Of a stretch of 64,000 bases of DNA, positions 38,101-50,631 are shown one piece after another. The notes beneath the pieces were generated by a model. That model was not told the DNA's origin. It ran no database searches and worked only from the letters and a program-made list of their open reading frames with translations. This stretch comes from Camelus ferus (lineage: Eukaryota). A program made the position numbers and the translations under genes. The stretch covers positions 109,246,001 through 109,310,000 of the forward strand of contig NC_045697.1 of NCBI RefSeq assembly GCF_009834535.1. The letters run 5' to 3'. Position 1 is the first letter of the stretch. Each line of letters opens with the position of its first letter.

Positions 38101-39085
38101 TATTGATCTTTACAAAGAACCAACTTTTGGTTTCATTCTCTCTTATTCTGTTTTTCTATTCTCCACTTTATTGATCTCCACTCTAATCTTTATTTCCTTT
38201 CTTCTGCATGCTTTGGGTTTAGTTTGTTCTTTTTCTCGTTCCTTAAGGTGGAAGCTTAGGTTATTGATTTGAGATCTTTTTTGATGTGGATATTTACAAC
38301 TATATATTTTGCTCTGAGCACTGTCTCTTATAAGCTTTGATATGTTTTGTTATTTTTATTCATCTCAAAGTACTTTCCAATTTCCCTTGTAATTTCTACT
38401 TTGACTCATTGTTTAAGAGTATGTTATTTAATTCCCATATATTTGTTAATTTTCCAGATCTCCATCTGTTATTGATTTCTAATTTCATTCCATTGTAGCC
38501 AGAGGAGATACTTTTTATGACTTCAGTCTTTTTAAATGTATTGAGACTTTTGTGACCTAACATATGGTCTATTCTGGAAAATGTTCCATGTGTCCTTGAC
38601 AAAAATGTGTTTTCTATTATTGAACGGAGTGTTGTATGTAGGTGTGTTAAGTCCAGTTGGTTTATAATGTTCCAGTTTTCTGTGTCTTTATTGACCTTCT
38701 AATACTGCTGTTGTTATTAAAAGTGGAATATTGACATCTCCAACTGCTATTATTGAACTGTCCATTTCTCCCTTCAATTCTGTCAGTTTTTGCTTCATAT
38801 ATTTTGGGACTTTGTTGTTGGGTTCATATTTGTTAATATTTGTTATATTTTCTTGATGGATTAACCATTTTATCATTATATAAGGTCCTTTTTTATTGAA
38901 GTATAGCTGATAATGTCCTTTTTTGTCTTCTATAGCAACTTTTGTCTTAATGTCTGTTTTATCTCATGTTGGAATAGCCACTCCAGCTCTCTTTTGGTTA
39001 CTATTTGCATGGAGTATCTTTTTCTATCTTTTTACTTTCATCCTATTTATACTCTAGATAGGTTGTGAGTCTCTTAGAAACAGCA
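35128..39085 (-). mobile_element. Old degenerate L1 (L1MB-like), 3'UTR plus ORF2 remnants, with a younger + strand L1 3'UTR fragment at ~36596-36762
   Basis: Minus-strand ORF fragments HGTFSRIDHMLGHK and YMKQKLTELKGEMDSSIIAVGD (EN domain). Confidence 0.9.
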
Positions 39086-39707
39086 TACAGTTCACTCATT
39101 CAGCAGTGTTATTATATACCTACTATGTGCAAGGGGTTACCTAGGCTCTGGATGAGAGAATTTCAGTGCTCAATAATTTGAAATAAATGAGGTATGAATA
39201 AAATTGCTTTGGTGGGTGCATTCACTTTGGGAAAATCCATCAATCTGTCTTAAGATTTGTGACATTTTCTGTATGTGTGCTATACTTCAAGAAAAAGATC
39301 CCCCTGAAAAAGTACTCTGGGAATTCAATATTGAAAGAATTTATTTCCAGCTGAGAGAGTAAGAGGAATGTCTTCACAAGGAAACCAACTTTCAGGCTTT
39401 ATGTTATATTATTACTGAGAGTTCATCATATCAAGATAAGGTGGTTTTATTTTCAGGTAAGCAAATATGATCATCATTGTCATCATCATTGCTACTACTT
39501 ACTAAGAACTTACTCTGTGCCAGTGCCAGGTATCATCTGAGTTCTTTGTGCATATTCATCTACCGAATCCTCGTAGAAGCCCTGTGAAGTAGGTTAGTAG
39601 GTTACCTGATTGTTTCCATTCAGCAGAGGGAAAATTGAGACATGCTGAGGTCACGTAAGTGGTGGAACCAGGATGCAGACTGCTCTGACCAGCTTGTCTC
39701 TTATCCA

Positions 39708-40212
39708 AACAGTAGCAATTCTCAAGGTGCAATCTAGGAACTCTCATGGGTCCCCAGACACTTTCAGAGGGTCCACAAGGTCAAAACTATATTTGTAATA
39801 ATACTAAAACATTATTTGCCTTTTTTTACCCTCAATCTCTCAGGAGTGTACAGTGGCATTTTCCAGAGACTGTATGTGTGCTGTCAAAACAGATTGAATG
39901 CAGAAGCAGATAAGAGAATCAGCTGCCTTTTGTTCAGCCAGACACTGAAGAGGCTGACAAATATGGAAAACAATGCCATTCTCCTCACACACTTTTTTTC
40001 ACTTTGCAAAATATATTTTTCAGAAATTATACTATTCATGTTCACATTTAATTGGCTTATTTTTGCTTGTAATTAATAAATATTTTGAATGTTTCTCAGT
40101 TTCCATTTTTAATATGATAAATATCTTTTTGTTATATAAACAAAAAGCATTTGGAGTCCTCAATAATTTTTAAAGGGTATTTGAAGTCCAATCTGTCTGT
40201 GTTTGAGAACTG
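39708..40212. mobile_element. hAT-Charlie1-type DNA transposon remnant
   Basis: GGTCAAAACTAT...TAATAATACTAA motif; TTCTCAA / TTGAGAAC TIR remnants. Confidence 0.7.
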
Positions 40213-40305
40213 ACACTTAAAAATTTATCTTTCCTTTTCTTCTGTGAAACTGGATATAATATTGCTTACATCCTGGGGAGGCTGTGAGAATTAAATGAGA
40301 GAATG

Positions 40306-40549
40306 GGGTGGAAGGTATAGCTCAAGGTTGGAGCAAGTGCTTGGCGTGCACAAGGTCCTGGGTTCAGTCTCCAGTGCCTCTGTTAAGGGAAAAAAAAATT
40401 TTTTTTTAGCGGGAGGAGGAGGTAATTAAGTTTATTTATTTTTTTAATTAATTTTTTTAATAGAGGTACTGGGACTGAACCCAGGACCTTGTGCATGCTA
40501 AGCATGCACTCTACCTCTAAGCTGTACCCTCCCCTTAAAAAAAATTTTT
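40306..40549. mobile_element. Two SINEs in inverted orientation (+ 40306-40398, - 40399-40534) inside a MIR
   Basis: Outer TSD AATGAGAGAATG at 40294-40305 and 40550-40561. Confidence 0.9.
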
Positions 40550-40636
40550 AATGAGAGAATGTAGGTGAAGCCCTTGTGCATAGTAAGCACTCAGTCAGTG
40601 GCACTGAACCTAGAATTGCTCTTGTGTTCCCCACAG

Positions 40637-40788
40637 GTGATGGACTTTTACTGCCAGTCTTGCGAGACTGCCATGTGTCGGGAGTGCACAGAGGGGGAGC
40701 ACGCGGAACACCCCACAGTCCCCCTCAAGGACGTGGTGGAGCAGCACAAGGCCTCACTCCAGGTCCAGCTGGATGCTGTCAACAAAAG
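40637..40788 (+). CDS. TRIM2: TRIM2 exon 4 (B-box type 2, start of coiled coil)
   Basis: [57 protein letters not shown] acceptor, GT donor at 40789; 152 nt. Confidence 0.97.
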
Positions 40789-41482
40789 GTGTGCACACCT
40801 CCCCCAGGCTCCCAGCTGGCCGCCCGTGGCCTCAGGGTCTCATGTCCCAGTGAGACAGTAGGTTCATGTCGCCTAAATAAATTCTCCTTTGATCATAGGT
40901 CTGTCTTCATAAATTAGTGGGTGATGAAGGTCCTCCCCTGCCCCATGGTAAAATTCTAACCCCCTTTTGTTACGAGTGGTGGCTTTGCTTTTAGTACCTT
41001 AGTATGATTAAATGATTTTCATTCATTCATTCAAATATACATACAAGGAAAATGCTTTCAAGAGATCTCTGAAATTTGTGCCTGAAACCAGGTGGTCTGA
41101 AGGGCCTTCTTAGCTACTGTTCTTGAAATACTTAAAGGCCCATTGTGCTGACTATGACTGGCTCCTCTCTGTTGGAGCCCAGCAAAATGCTCCTGAGTAG
41201 CAATCTCTCGGCTTTCCTTCTGCTTCCCTACTTCCAGGCTCTTTATTTGGCATGGAAACGAAGGAACAGAGTAGCTGTGTGATGCATGAGAAAGACCAAA
41301 GAGAGGAAATAAACAGCCAGCTGAAAATAAATCTCTTCGCCAATAGCTGAAGTGAGAAAAGTGTGGTTATTCTGCACTCATTAAAAGAACTTGGAAACTT
41401 GCAGGAAGTTCCCAAGAAACTCGTTAAGTTTGGATAAGTTTTTCATGTGATTGGGGAAAAAAGATACAGCTATATATTTAGA

Positions 41483-41685
41483 ACAGTGGTTCTCAGCCAT
41501 GGGTGATTATACACCCCCCAGAGGACATTCGCAATGCCTGGAGACAATTTGGTGTCACAGCTGTTGAGGGGGGAGGAGGGGAAGAGGAAAGGATGCTATT
41601 AAAATCATAATGTACAGACAGTCTCCTGCAACAGACTTCTCTGGCCCCAAATATCAATAGTGTCAAGTTAGAGAATGCCTGATTA
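41483..41685. mobile_element. MER20 (hAT-Charlie)
   Basis: CAGTGGTTCTCA start, GGACATT..CAATGCCTGGAGACA, GGCCCCAAATATCAATAGTG. Confidence 0.8.
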
Positions 41686-41997
41686 GAGTGTGAGGCAGAG
41701 CTGTAGGGTTCTGAGAGCTTTAAGGCTTTGTGCTATCAATTATTAAAATCAAACAATTGAGGTAGATTGAAGTAGACAAAGACCCTCAAAATCTCTCTTC
41801 TCAGAGGCAATAATTATGTCATGTCTTATTCATTCTGTTCTTTAGTGATTACTTCTTTAAGATGCTGAAAGCCACAAAAAATGTTTCTTGACAAAATACT
41901 AGTGTTTGAATAGTTTGTGTGTTTTGTTTTTTGTTTGTTTTTTACTATTTCTGTGTTGATGTTACTATGATAGTGACCTTTGACAACTGTCCTCCAG

Positions 41998-42179
41998 GCT
42001 CCCAGAAATAGATTCTGCTCTTCAGTTCATCTCGGAAATCATTCATCAGTTAACGAACCAGAAGGCCAGCATTGTGGATGACATCCATTCTACCTTTGAT
42101 GAACTCCAGAAGACATTAAACTGTGCGCAAGAGTGTGCTGCTGATGGAGCTGGAAGTCAACTATGGCCTCAAACACAAA
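41998..42179 (+). CDS. TRIM2: TRIM2 exon 5 (coiled coil), with a +1 insertion at 42121-42122
   Basis: LPEIDSALQFISEIIHQLTNQKASIVDDIHSTFDELQKTLN [extra base] VRKSVLLMELEVNYGLKHK; 182 nt where phase continuity needs 181. Confidence 0.95.
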
Positions 42180-42996
42180 GTAAGACCCTAGCCGTTCTTA
42201 CAGACATCCTGTAAGAGGCACGGTATCTGGGGCCTCCCTGGCGCCAGCTTACTGTGTTCTCCTAGCAGCCAAGGGGACTCAGATGGCTCCTTAAGTGTCA
42301 CTGTTGTTCAGTAAATAGTAGTTGTCACTCAATGGCATATCCAGCTATTTTTTTCTTTCCTGTTTTCAGCAAAACTATGATTCTGTGGCCTTAAGTACCA
42401 CTTTATAATGTGACACAATGCAAGGTTGAATATAAAGCAGTGCTTTCAGGATTTAGGGTTAAACTGGATTGTTTTCCTTCCTTAATGATAATATCTAGTA
42501 GTCTCTTAATTACTCTGTCACCCACACCAACCTATTAGTCAACTTCAAAGTGAACACTGACTGCAGACTTTACCATGTCCAATCACAAAACCAGGGATGA
42601 AAGCTTCTGATAGTCAGGTATGGAGTTTTCATTTGTCTGGTTTCTGTTCCTTTAATGGTGACAGGGGAGCTTTGGACATTAGGGAAAGATACTGAATAAT
42701 GCATATTTCAGATGTCAGGCATAGCGATCTGTTTGCCAAGCTCTTGGTGGTAACGTTTCTGCTTGCCCCTATGAAAGACACATGACCCAAGAAATATGTG
42801 TGTGGGAGAGACGGGGGAGGGGGAGGAAAAGGGAAAGAGAAAGGACTGGGAAGGCGATTTTGGATTATGCCTTAGGACGGGGTTCACTGTGTTAAACCGA
42901 ACACTGCTTGCCAGGAGCCATCTGCGCGGGCAGGTGCGGAGCGTGCGCCCTGGGAAGCGCGCACCTAGCCCGGGTTTTCTCCGGTTTTCCCCGCAG

Positions 42997-43720
42997 GTCC
43001 TCCAGTCGCAGCTGGACACTCTGCTCGAGGGGCAGGAGAGCATCAAGAGCTGCAGCAACTTCACGGCGCAGGCCCTCAACCATGGCACGGAGACGGAGGT
43101 GCTGCTGGTGAAGAAGCAGATGAGCGAGAAGCTGAACGAGCTGGCGGACCAGGACTTCCCGCTGCACCCGCGAGAAAACGACCAGCTGGACTTCATCGTG
43201 GAGACCGAGGGGCTCAAGAAGTCCATCCACAACCTCGGGACGATTTTAACCACCAACGCCGTCGCCTCCGAGACGGTGGCCACGGGCGAGGGGCTGCGGC
43301 AGACCATAATCGGGCAGCCCATGTCCGTTACCATAACGACCAAGGACAAAGACGGGGAGCTGTGTAAGACCGGCAACGCCTACCTCACGGCGGAACTGAG
43401 CACGCCCGATGGCAGCGTGGCGGATGGCGAGATCCTGGACAACAAGAACGGCACCTACGAGTTCCTGTACACCGTGCAGAAGGAAGGCGACTTCACCCTG
43501 TCCCTGCGGCTCTACGACCAGCACATCCGGGGCAGCCCGTTTAAGCTGAAGGTGATCCGGTCGGCCGACGTGTCCCCCACCACCGAGGGCGTGAAGAGGC
43601 GCGTGAAGTCCCCGGGCAGCGGCCATGTGAAGCAGAAGGCAGTGAAGAGACCCGCCAGCATGTACAGCACCGGAAAGCGAAAAGAGAATCCCATCGAAGA
43701 CGACCTGATCTTCCGAGTGG
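42997..43720 (+). CDS. TRIM2: TRIM2 exon 6 (end of coiled coil, filamin/ABP280 repeat, linker)
   Basis: VLQSQLDTLL...DNKNGTYEFLYTVQKEGDFTLSLRLYDQHIRGSPF...EDDLIFRV; CCGCAG acceptor, GTAAGG donor; 724 nt. Confidence 0.98.
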
Positions 43721-43879
43721 GTAAGGAGCGGGCGGCGCTGCGCCTGAACGCCGAGCTTTGCTCTGGCTAAGGGGTGACGGGACGGTGTTGCAAGTAGCAG
43801 CTTTGCAGGTCACCACTTCGGCTTAAGTGTTTTATCGGGTGAGCTCATGCAGTCTCCTTCTCCGCAGATTTTAGGATTT

Positions 43880-44040
43880 ATTTTCCCCTCCTCCTGCCTC
43901 CTCTTCTCCCCCCTCCTCCTTCCTCCTCCGGCATCCTCCCCTGCTCTCTCCCCCACTCCTCCCTGTCTACTTCCTCTCCCTCCCTTCTCCCCTCTCTCCT
44001 CCTCCTCTCCCATTTTCTCTCCCTCTCCTCCTCCTCCTTA
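43880..44040. repeat. CT-rich low-complexity polypyrimidine tract
   Basis: About 160 nt almost entirely C/T with CCT units. Confidence 0.9.
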
Positions 44041-45244
44041 AAACACAAGCTCTGCGTTTTCATTATAGTAGATTAGAAACTGAAAATAAGCAAAAAAGAG
44101 AAAAATCACAGCAGTCATAATCTGGAAATTTTAAAGGAAATCTTAGCAATCTCCACCCCACCCCACCTCCCCATGGGAATGTTTTTAGAGAACTCCTGCC
44201 AAAACCCAAAGGTAGCAAGATCATTATATCAGATAACTTCATGTGTTTCTCTCGAATCTGCCAGCTCGGGCTGTAACTGTGGGCAGAGGGTCTGATGCCT
44301 CCCTGTCACCACTTCTGCGCTGGGGGTGAGGGACATGGTGCATTGCGGGTTGTGATCATGTCCAATTCTTAGAGCAGCTATAAGAGGGGAGGGTGTATGA
44401 AAACCAAGAGAATGGAATGAGGTTGGGTGGGAGCAAGAAAGCTTGAGATGAGCCAAGAGATTTGGGGATGCAAATAGCCCTTCCCTTGTCAAATGTGTTG
44501 GCTCTGATTTTTTTAAGCTGTGTATTTTCTCAATAGAAAGCAAATGAATTTAAGGAACAAATAGTTTGATAGCTCTTAAGAAAAAAGTCTGCATTTTCGT
44601 GCCTGTATCCAGCCTGCTTCTCTTTCTGCCTCTTTATCCTACGTTGCAGTATCTCTGAAAGGGTGCTGCAGGGTCTGTTAACGGACATGTGGAGAAACAA
44701 TTACTGTGATTCAAATAGATTGAGGAAAGCTTAGCTTAATGTGAAGGAAGCAGGGGTTTTTTTGTTTTTGTTTTTCCTACAGTACCTTTGGAAGCTGCTG
44801 CTGTGCACTGTAAGTCCCCATGGCAGGGGAGGTGTGATAACAGGCAGCACTCCTAACTTTTCTGACCATTGAACTTTTTCCATGAAACGTCTTGGGAAAA
44901 TAAGGCTCCTTGGAACATTCTTGGGCAAAAGCTGCTCTATTTATTGTTTATTATTCTATGTTATTTATTATTCTTTGGGCTGAATCTTGGTAAGGATTGT
45001 GATAGGACAAGCTATCGGTTCAGAGTGTGGAGGCCCTGGTCCACTCACTGGCTGCTTGTGCTGGGTGTGAACGCAGAAGCTGTGGAGACATCAGCCCAAG
45101 CAGAGTGGGTGGGCGCCCGGAGGGTGCAGGACTGGGAGCCTCCCCAGCCTGCCACTCCGGTTCTGCTGCTTACTGACAACTTGGGCACATCTCTCAGGGC
45201 ACATTCCCTGCGCTTCAGTTTCCCTGTCTGGAAAAAGAAAATAC

Positions 45245-45395
45245 AGGAGAGAAAGTATAGCTCAGTGGTAGAGCGTGTGCTTAGCATGCATGAGATCCTG
45301 GGTTCAATCCCCAGTACCTCCACTAAAAAAAATTAAATAAGTAAACAAACCTAATTACCACCCCCTCCAAAAAAGAAAAAAAAATATATATATAA
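45245..45395 (+). mobile_element. tRNA-derived SINE (Vic-1 type) inside a MIR
   Basis: GTATAGCTCAGTGGTAGAG...GGTTCAATCCCCAGTACCTCC...AAACCTAATTACC. Confidence 0.92.
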
Positions 45396-46191
45396 GAAAA
45401 ATATCTGCTTCTCAGAACTGTTTTAAGTTCCCAGCTTAATGCCTGGCCTGTAGGAGAAGCTAAATACTCAAGAAGGATTGTTTTTGCACGTGCAAGTTAA
45501 GGCTCTTAGATGTCCCCTCCTCCTTTTGTCTTTCAAAAATAAACGTACCTTGCTGTTCCCCATCCATCTGCATTAAGAACAAACTCAGTCTCAAATTCAG
45601 AACCCCCCTCCTCCAGCCAGGTGACCCCAGGCCACATCCCCGGGCAGGCAGCCCGGTGGAGAAAGGCCTGGATCTGGTCTGGTCCTGATTCTCCTCACCA
45701 GCCGGCAACTGGCTTGCCCTTTCTTAGCCTGCTTTCCTCCTCTGTAAAATATAGGAAATGAAATAGGACATAATTCTTTTTTTTAAATTGAAGTATAGTC
45801 AGTTTACAATGTGTATTACCTAATTCTTAAGGTTGCCGTGGGAGTACATGAGAAAGAGTTCTTATACCACGGCTGGCACTGGCCTGTGTACAGTAAGTGC
45901 TCAGTTAACGGTAGCTATTATTTTTCTGTTGTTATTATTATCAGTCATCATCCTTGCACCTGATTTTCTCCTGAGGAGAGAGGTATACCCCTTAGGGACG
46001 TTTTTTCCCCAAACTATACTGATTTTGAGGGCTCGGCTCCCACCCTCGGGGGAAGGGGGCCCACTCGTCTCCCCTCTTACCCACTGAGAACTGCAGTCAT
46101 AGTGATTCACATATCTACACATTTGTAAGGAGCTTAGAACAGCACCTGGCCTACAGCACTGTGTCTGAGTTTATTCATGGAGTAAAGATCA

Positions 46192-46565
46192 GGTCTTAGT
46201 TTTCTAGGGCAGAAGTAACGAAATATCACAGACTGAGTGGCTTAAACAAGGAGGCTGAAAGTCCAAGATCAAGGAGGCAGCAGGGTTGGTTTCCTCTGAG
46301 GCCTCTCCTCGGCTTGCAGACAGCTGCCTTCTTGCTGCCTTTTCCTTCCATGGTCGTCCCTCTGTGCACATGCACCTCTGGCGTTTCTTCTTCTTCTTGG
46401 AAGGACACGAGTCATATTGGATTAGGGCCTCATCCTAATGGCCCCATTGAAGTTAATCACCTCTTAAAGACCTTAACTCCAAGTACAGTCACATTCTGAG
46501 GTGCTGGAGGTTGGGACTGAACTTCAGCTTAGGAATTTCGTGGAGATACAGTTCAGCTTGTCACA
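46192..46565 (-). mobile_element. MaLR solo LTR (MLT1A-like)
   Basis: CACAGACTGAGTGGCTTAAACA...AGTCCAAGATCAAGG...CAGTCACATTCTGAGGTGCTGG. Confidence 0.85.
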
Positions 46566-48439
46566 GATGCTGAATACCTCAGGTGTGTAAGGGCAGAAAG
46601 GGAGATAGATCTTACTGACCCATTCCTCTTTAGCTTTATGTTCTAATCCAGAGTCTAACCAAAAGACACCACCACTGTGCAATAATATAGCTCATAAAAC
46701 ATTTCTAGAGTGCTTACTACAGGACAGGCATTATGCTAAGAGGTGAGGAATACGGAGATGAAAGAAATGAGGTCTCCTCCCTCCAGGGACTTACAGTTTG
46801 GAGTGACAGATGTATGATCTACTAACTAATACCATGGGTTGGGAGAAGGAATTGAAACCAGACGTGAATGATGAATACGAGCCATCCAAGTCGACAGGTA
46901 GAAATGGCATCCCGGGCAGAGGGACCAATGTGAAAATCAGAGGCCAGGTGAAACGGAGTGAACACGATTGATGTGTCGGGGTGGTGGGGGTACGCATCCC
47001 ATGAGAAGATGCAGGGGCAGCAGAGCTCAGAGGGGTGGAAGGTGATGGGGGCGCTGGCTGAAGGGGAGCTGGACAGATCAGTGTCAGAGCCCCTGCTTCT
47101 AGAATGCCCTCTGTGCTTTCACACCTTCATCCCTGAATCCTCTCCCCAATTTTATCCTTCCCTCAACTACCCCCTTCTCTTTTAGAATCCACAATGAATA
47201 TTATTATTTATGCCTAGGTCTTATTTTCTGATAAGATTATAAATTACTTGAAGTCAAAGATGAAGTCTTTATTCATTTATAATCCCCAATAATACCCATA
47301 AGAATTCCTTGCATAAGGACTTTGCCCATTTGAGTAGGATCAAGTCACGACTTACTGCATGATTTAACTTCCTGCTCACCGCTGTCAAGTCCCAGTTTTG
47401 AGGCCCAGGGACACACAGACCAGCCAACAAAGCCCCAAGCTCGAAGGCATTTATCACCTATGTTCCCATGCATGGAACTGTGCTAGGCTAGGCAGTGTCA
47501 GACAAACAGTGCTCGCCTTCTGAGAACTTGTGTTTTCAAAAATCTATACTGTGGGCTACAAATGGGTTGAGTTTATATTAGTAATTAAAAGAGTTCAACT
47601 GTCTTTTATGGCTACACCTTTGTTTTAGGACTCTAAGCTTCTCTGTACAGTCAGGCTCTTAGGTGCATGATAATAGAACATTCGTGGTTGGAACAGTCCC
47701 TCTCTGCATGTGTGGAAACCTATCACGTGTTAAGTCAGAATTCATTCAATTTCAAGTACGTGAGCGGGCAACTGTGGTTCTGCTGTTCCCTCAACTGGTT
47801 TCACATACTGAGCTTGAGGCCCTGATTTCATGCTTAAAGCTACTGAGTTTTCCTAAAACATGTATTAGGATTCATTCAACAACCCTAAATAATGTATGTT
47901 AATTTTGTATACTCCTAAAAGTGAATCATCACTTTCAGGCTGAAAAAAAGGATTTTCTCAGGGTGATTTTGACCCAGATTTTCACCTTCCCCACCTATTA
48001 TTCGCCCTGTGGTTTAGATGTGACTCTGTTGTTTGAACACCTACTGTGTGCCTTACACTTGGCCAGGTCGTGGTAGGAAGAGAGGGATGAGATTCTGACT
48101 CTCACCTAGAGGAGGCCGCAGTCCAGAAGGGGACAGATGTAAAAAACGCCGAACATGCAGTGTGAGTCGAGGCCCGGAAGCTGGGGTGGGTGGGAGGAGG
48201 CTGGCAGGCAGCCGGGAGTTAAGGAGGCTTCCCAGAGATGACATCTAAACCTAAGCTGGCTTTGGAAGAGAAGGAGTCTGTCAGATAAGAGGGGGAATGA
48301 GGAGGTTTAGATGAAGGGAAAGACCATGAGAAACTGTGGAGTTCGAGGAACTGTAAATGATTCCATTACCTGGAGTGTTCAATGAAGTCAGATAGCAGAG
48401 AAAAGATTCTGTTTCCTTGATAAGGAGCAGAGACTTCGT

Positions 48440-48615
48440 TCTCTACACCTGCGTTTCCCATGAACCACTTGAATTCCTTGGGGTGCTTGATAAAAAAAAA
48501 ATGAAAATTCCTGGATTCCAGACTGCCTTTACAGAATCAGAATCTGGGGGAGGGACCGGGAATCTACATTCTGCAGACTCCATGAGCTGATGCCCACGGA
48601 GGTGTGAGAACCGTC
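48440..48615. mobile_element. MER5-type hAT MITE
   Basis: AGAATCAGAATCTGGG...GGAATCTACATT...TGAGAACC. Confidence 0.6.
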
Positions 48616-49241
48616 GCGGGGTGGATGATGGAGCGGCACTGAACGGTGTGAAGTATTGTGGTGACTTACTAAGATCCTGATTTGCAGAGAGCCTGGGGCG
48701 TTGTAGGGAATGTGTTGACCGTGTTTCCGGGGAAGCAGGGAGCCGCTTCTTACTGCAGTAGTCCACGTGAGCTCTTACAAGCGCCAGAACTGAAAGTGAT
48801 GCCACGGCAGGAGAGAGGAAAGGGCAGGTTATCACACGCTTAGGAGGGAGAGGGCAGGACTTGATGACAGAATGGAACTTCCATCTGTTTGACTTGAATG
48901 GTGGAGGGATGTGAGGTAGAGGAGTGAGTGGTTAAGGCTGAAGACTTGGATGTAGACCCACCCTGGGTTCCGGCCCCAACACTGCCACCTTGCTATCTGT
49001 GCAATCTGGGGCGAGTTAACTTAATTTCCAGTCATCCCTCCTCCCACCCTCTGCCTCTGGAAATCACAATCTGATGATCTCTTTTTCCATGTTTATTTTT
49101 TTTAAGATTCCACATGTAAATGAGGTCATACAGTATTTGTCTTTTTCTGTCTGACTTATTTCAGCTTAGCATAATTCGTTCAAGATCCATTCATGTTGTC
49201 ACAAATGGTAGGATTTCATCCCTTTTATGACTGGGTAATCC

Positions 49242-49279
<38 letters not shown>

Positions 49280-49280
49280 T
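49242..49280. repeat. (GC)5(AC)n compound microsatellite
   Basis: TGCGCGCGCGCACACAC...ACAT read directly. Confidence 0.95.
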
Positions 49281-50631
49281 CACAACTTCTTTATCCTTTC
49301 ACTCATCTATGGGCACTTATTTTGTTTCATGTCTTGGCTGTAGTAAATAGGGCTACTCTGAACATGGGGTTGCAAGCATCTTTTCAAGTTACTGTTTTTT
49401 GTTTCCTGCAGAAAAATACCGAGAAGTGGAATAGCTCAATCATATGGTAGCTCTATTTGTAATTTTCAAAGATCCTTTATCCTATTTCCATAGTGGTGGT
49501 ACCAGTTTACCATCCCACATACAGTGCACAGGAACCAACTGTCCATATCCAAGCCAGCATTTTTTATCTCTGGTCCTTTTGATGACAGCCATTCTAACAG
49601 GCATGAGGTGGTATCTTGTGGTTTTAATTTGCCTTTCCCTAATGACTAGTGATGTTGAGCATCTTTCCATGTGGCCTTTTGTGTGTCTTCTTTGGAAAAA
49701 TGTCTATTTGAGTCCTTTTCCCATCTTTTAGTTGGGTTATTTGGTTTTTTGCTATTGAATTGTATGAGATTATTATGTATTTTGGATATTAACTCCTTAT
49801 CATATATATGATTTGCAAGTATTTTTTTCCCATTCTGTAGATTGTCTTTTCGCATTGTTGATGGTTTTGTTTACTGACAGAAGTTTTTAGTTTGACAAGT
49901 CCCACTTGTTTATTTTTTGTTTTCCTCGCTTGTTCTTTAGGTGTTATATTAAACCAATCATTACCAAGACTCATGTGAGGGAGCTTTATTCCTGTGTTTT
50001 ATTCTAGTAAGAAATAAGACCTGGAGTCAAGTCTTATACTTAAGTCTTTAATCCATTTCAAGTTAATTTTTGTCAGTGTGGGAAGACAGGGGTCATTACA
50101 TTCTTTTACGTGAATATTCAATTATCCCAGCACCATTTGTTGAAGAAGCTGTCTTTTCTCCCTTTCAGTGTTCTTGGCTCTGTTGTCAAAATATTAGTTG
50201 ACTACACATATTTGGATTTATTTCTAAGCTCTTGGTTCTGTTCCATTGGTCTATTTGTTTGTTTTTATGCCAGTACCGTACTGTTTTGATTACTGTAGCT
50301 TTATAGTATAGCCTGAAATCAGGACATGTGATGCCTCCTGCTTTGGTCTTCTTTCTCAGGATTTCTTTGGCTATTCAGGATCTTTGGTGGTTCCATATAA
50401 ATTTTAGGACTGTTTTTCCAACTTCTGTAAAAAATGCCATCGAAATCTTGATAGGGATTGCATTGAGTCTATAGATGGCTTTGGTAGTATTGACATTTTA
50501 ACAATATTCATTCTTCCAATCCATGAACACGGAAAACCTTTCCATTTATTGGTGTCTTCAATTTTTTTTAAATCAGTGTCTTGTAGTTTTTAGAGTAGAG
50601 ATCTTTCAACTCCTTGGTTAAATTTATTCTT

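Noticed and set aside
42796..43770. 324-aa ORF as a standalone gene
   Set aside because: It is TRIM2 exon 6 plus intronic read-through; splice sites at 42996 and 43721 delimit the true coding part.
42708..43816. Long antisense ORFs over exon 6
   Set aside because: Expected shadow of a GC-rich coding exon; no recognisable protein.
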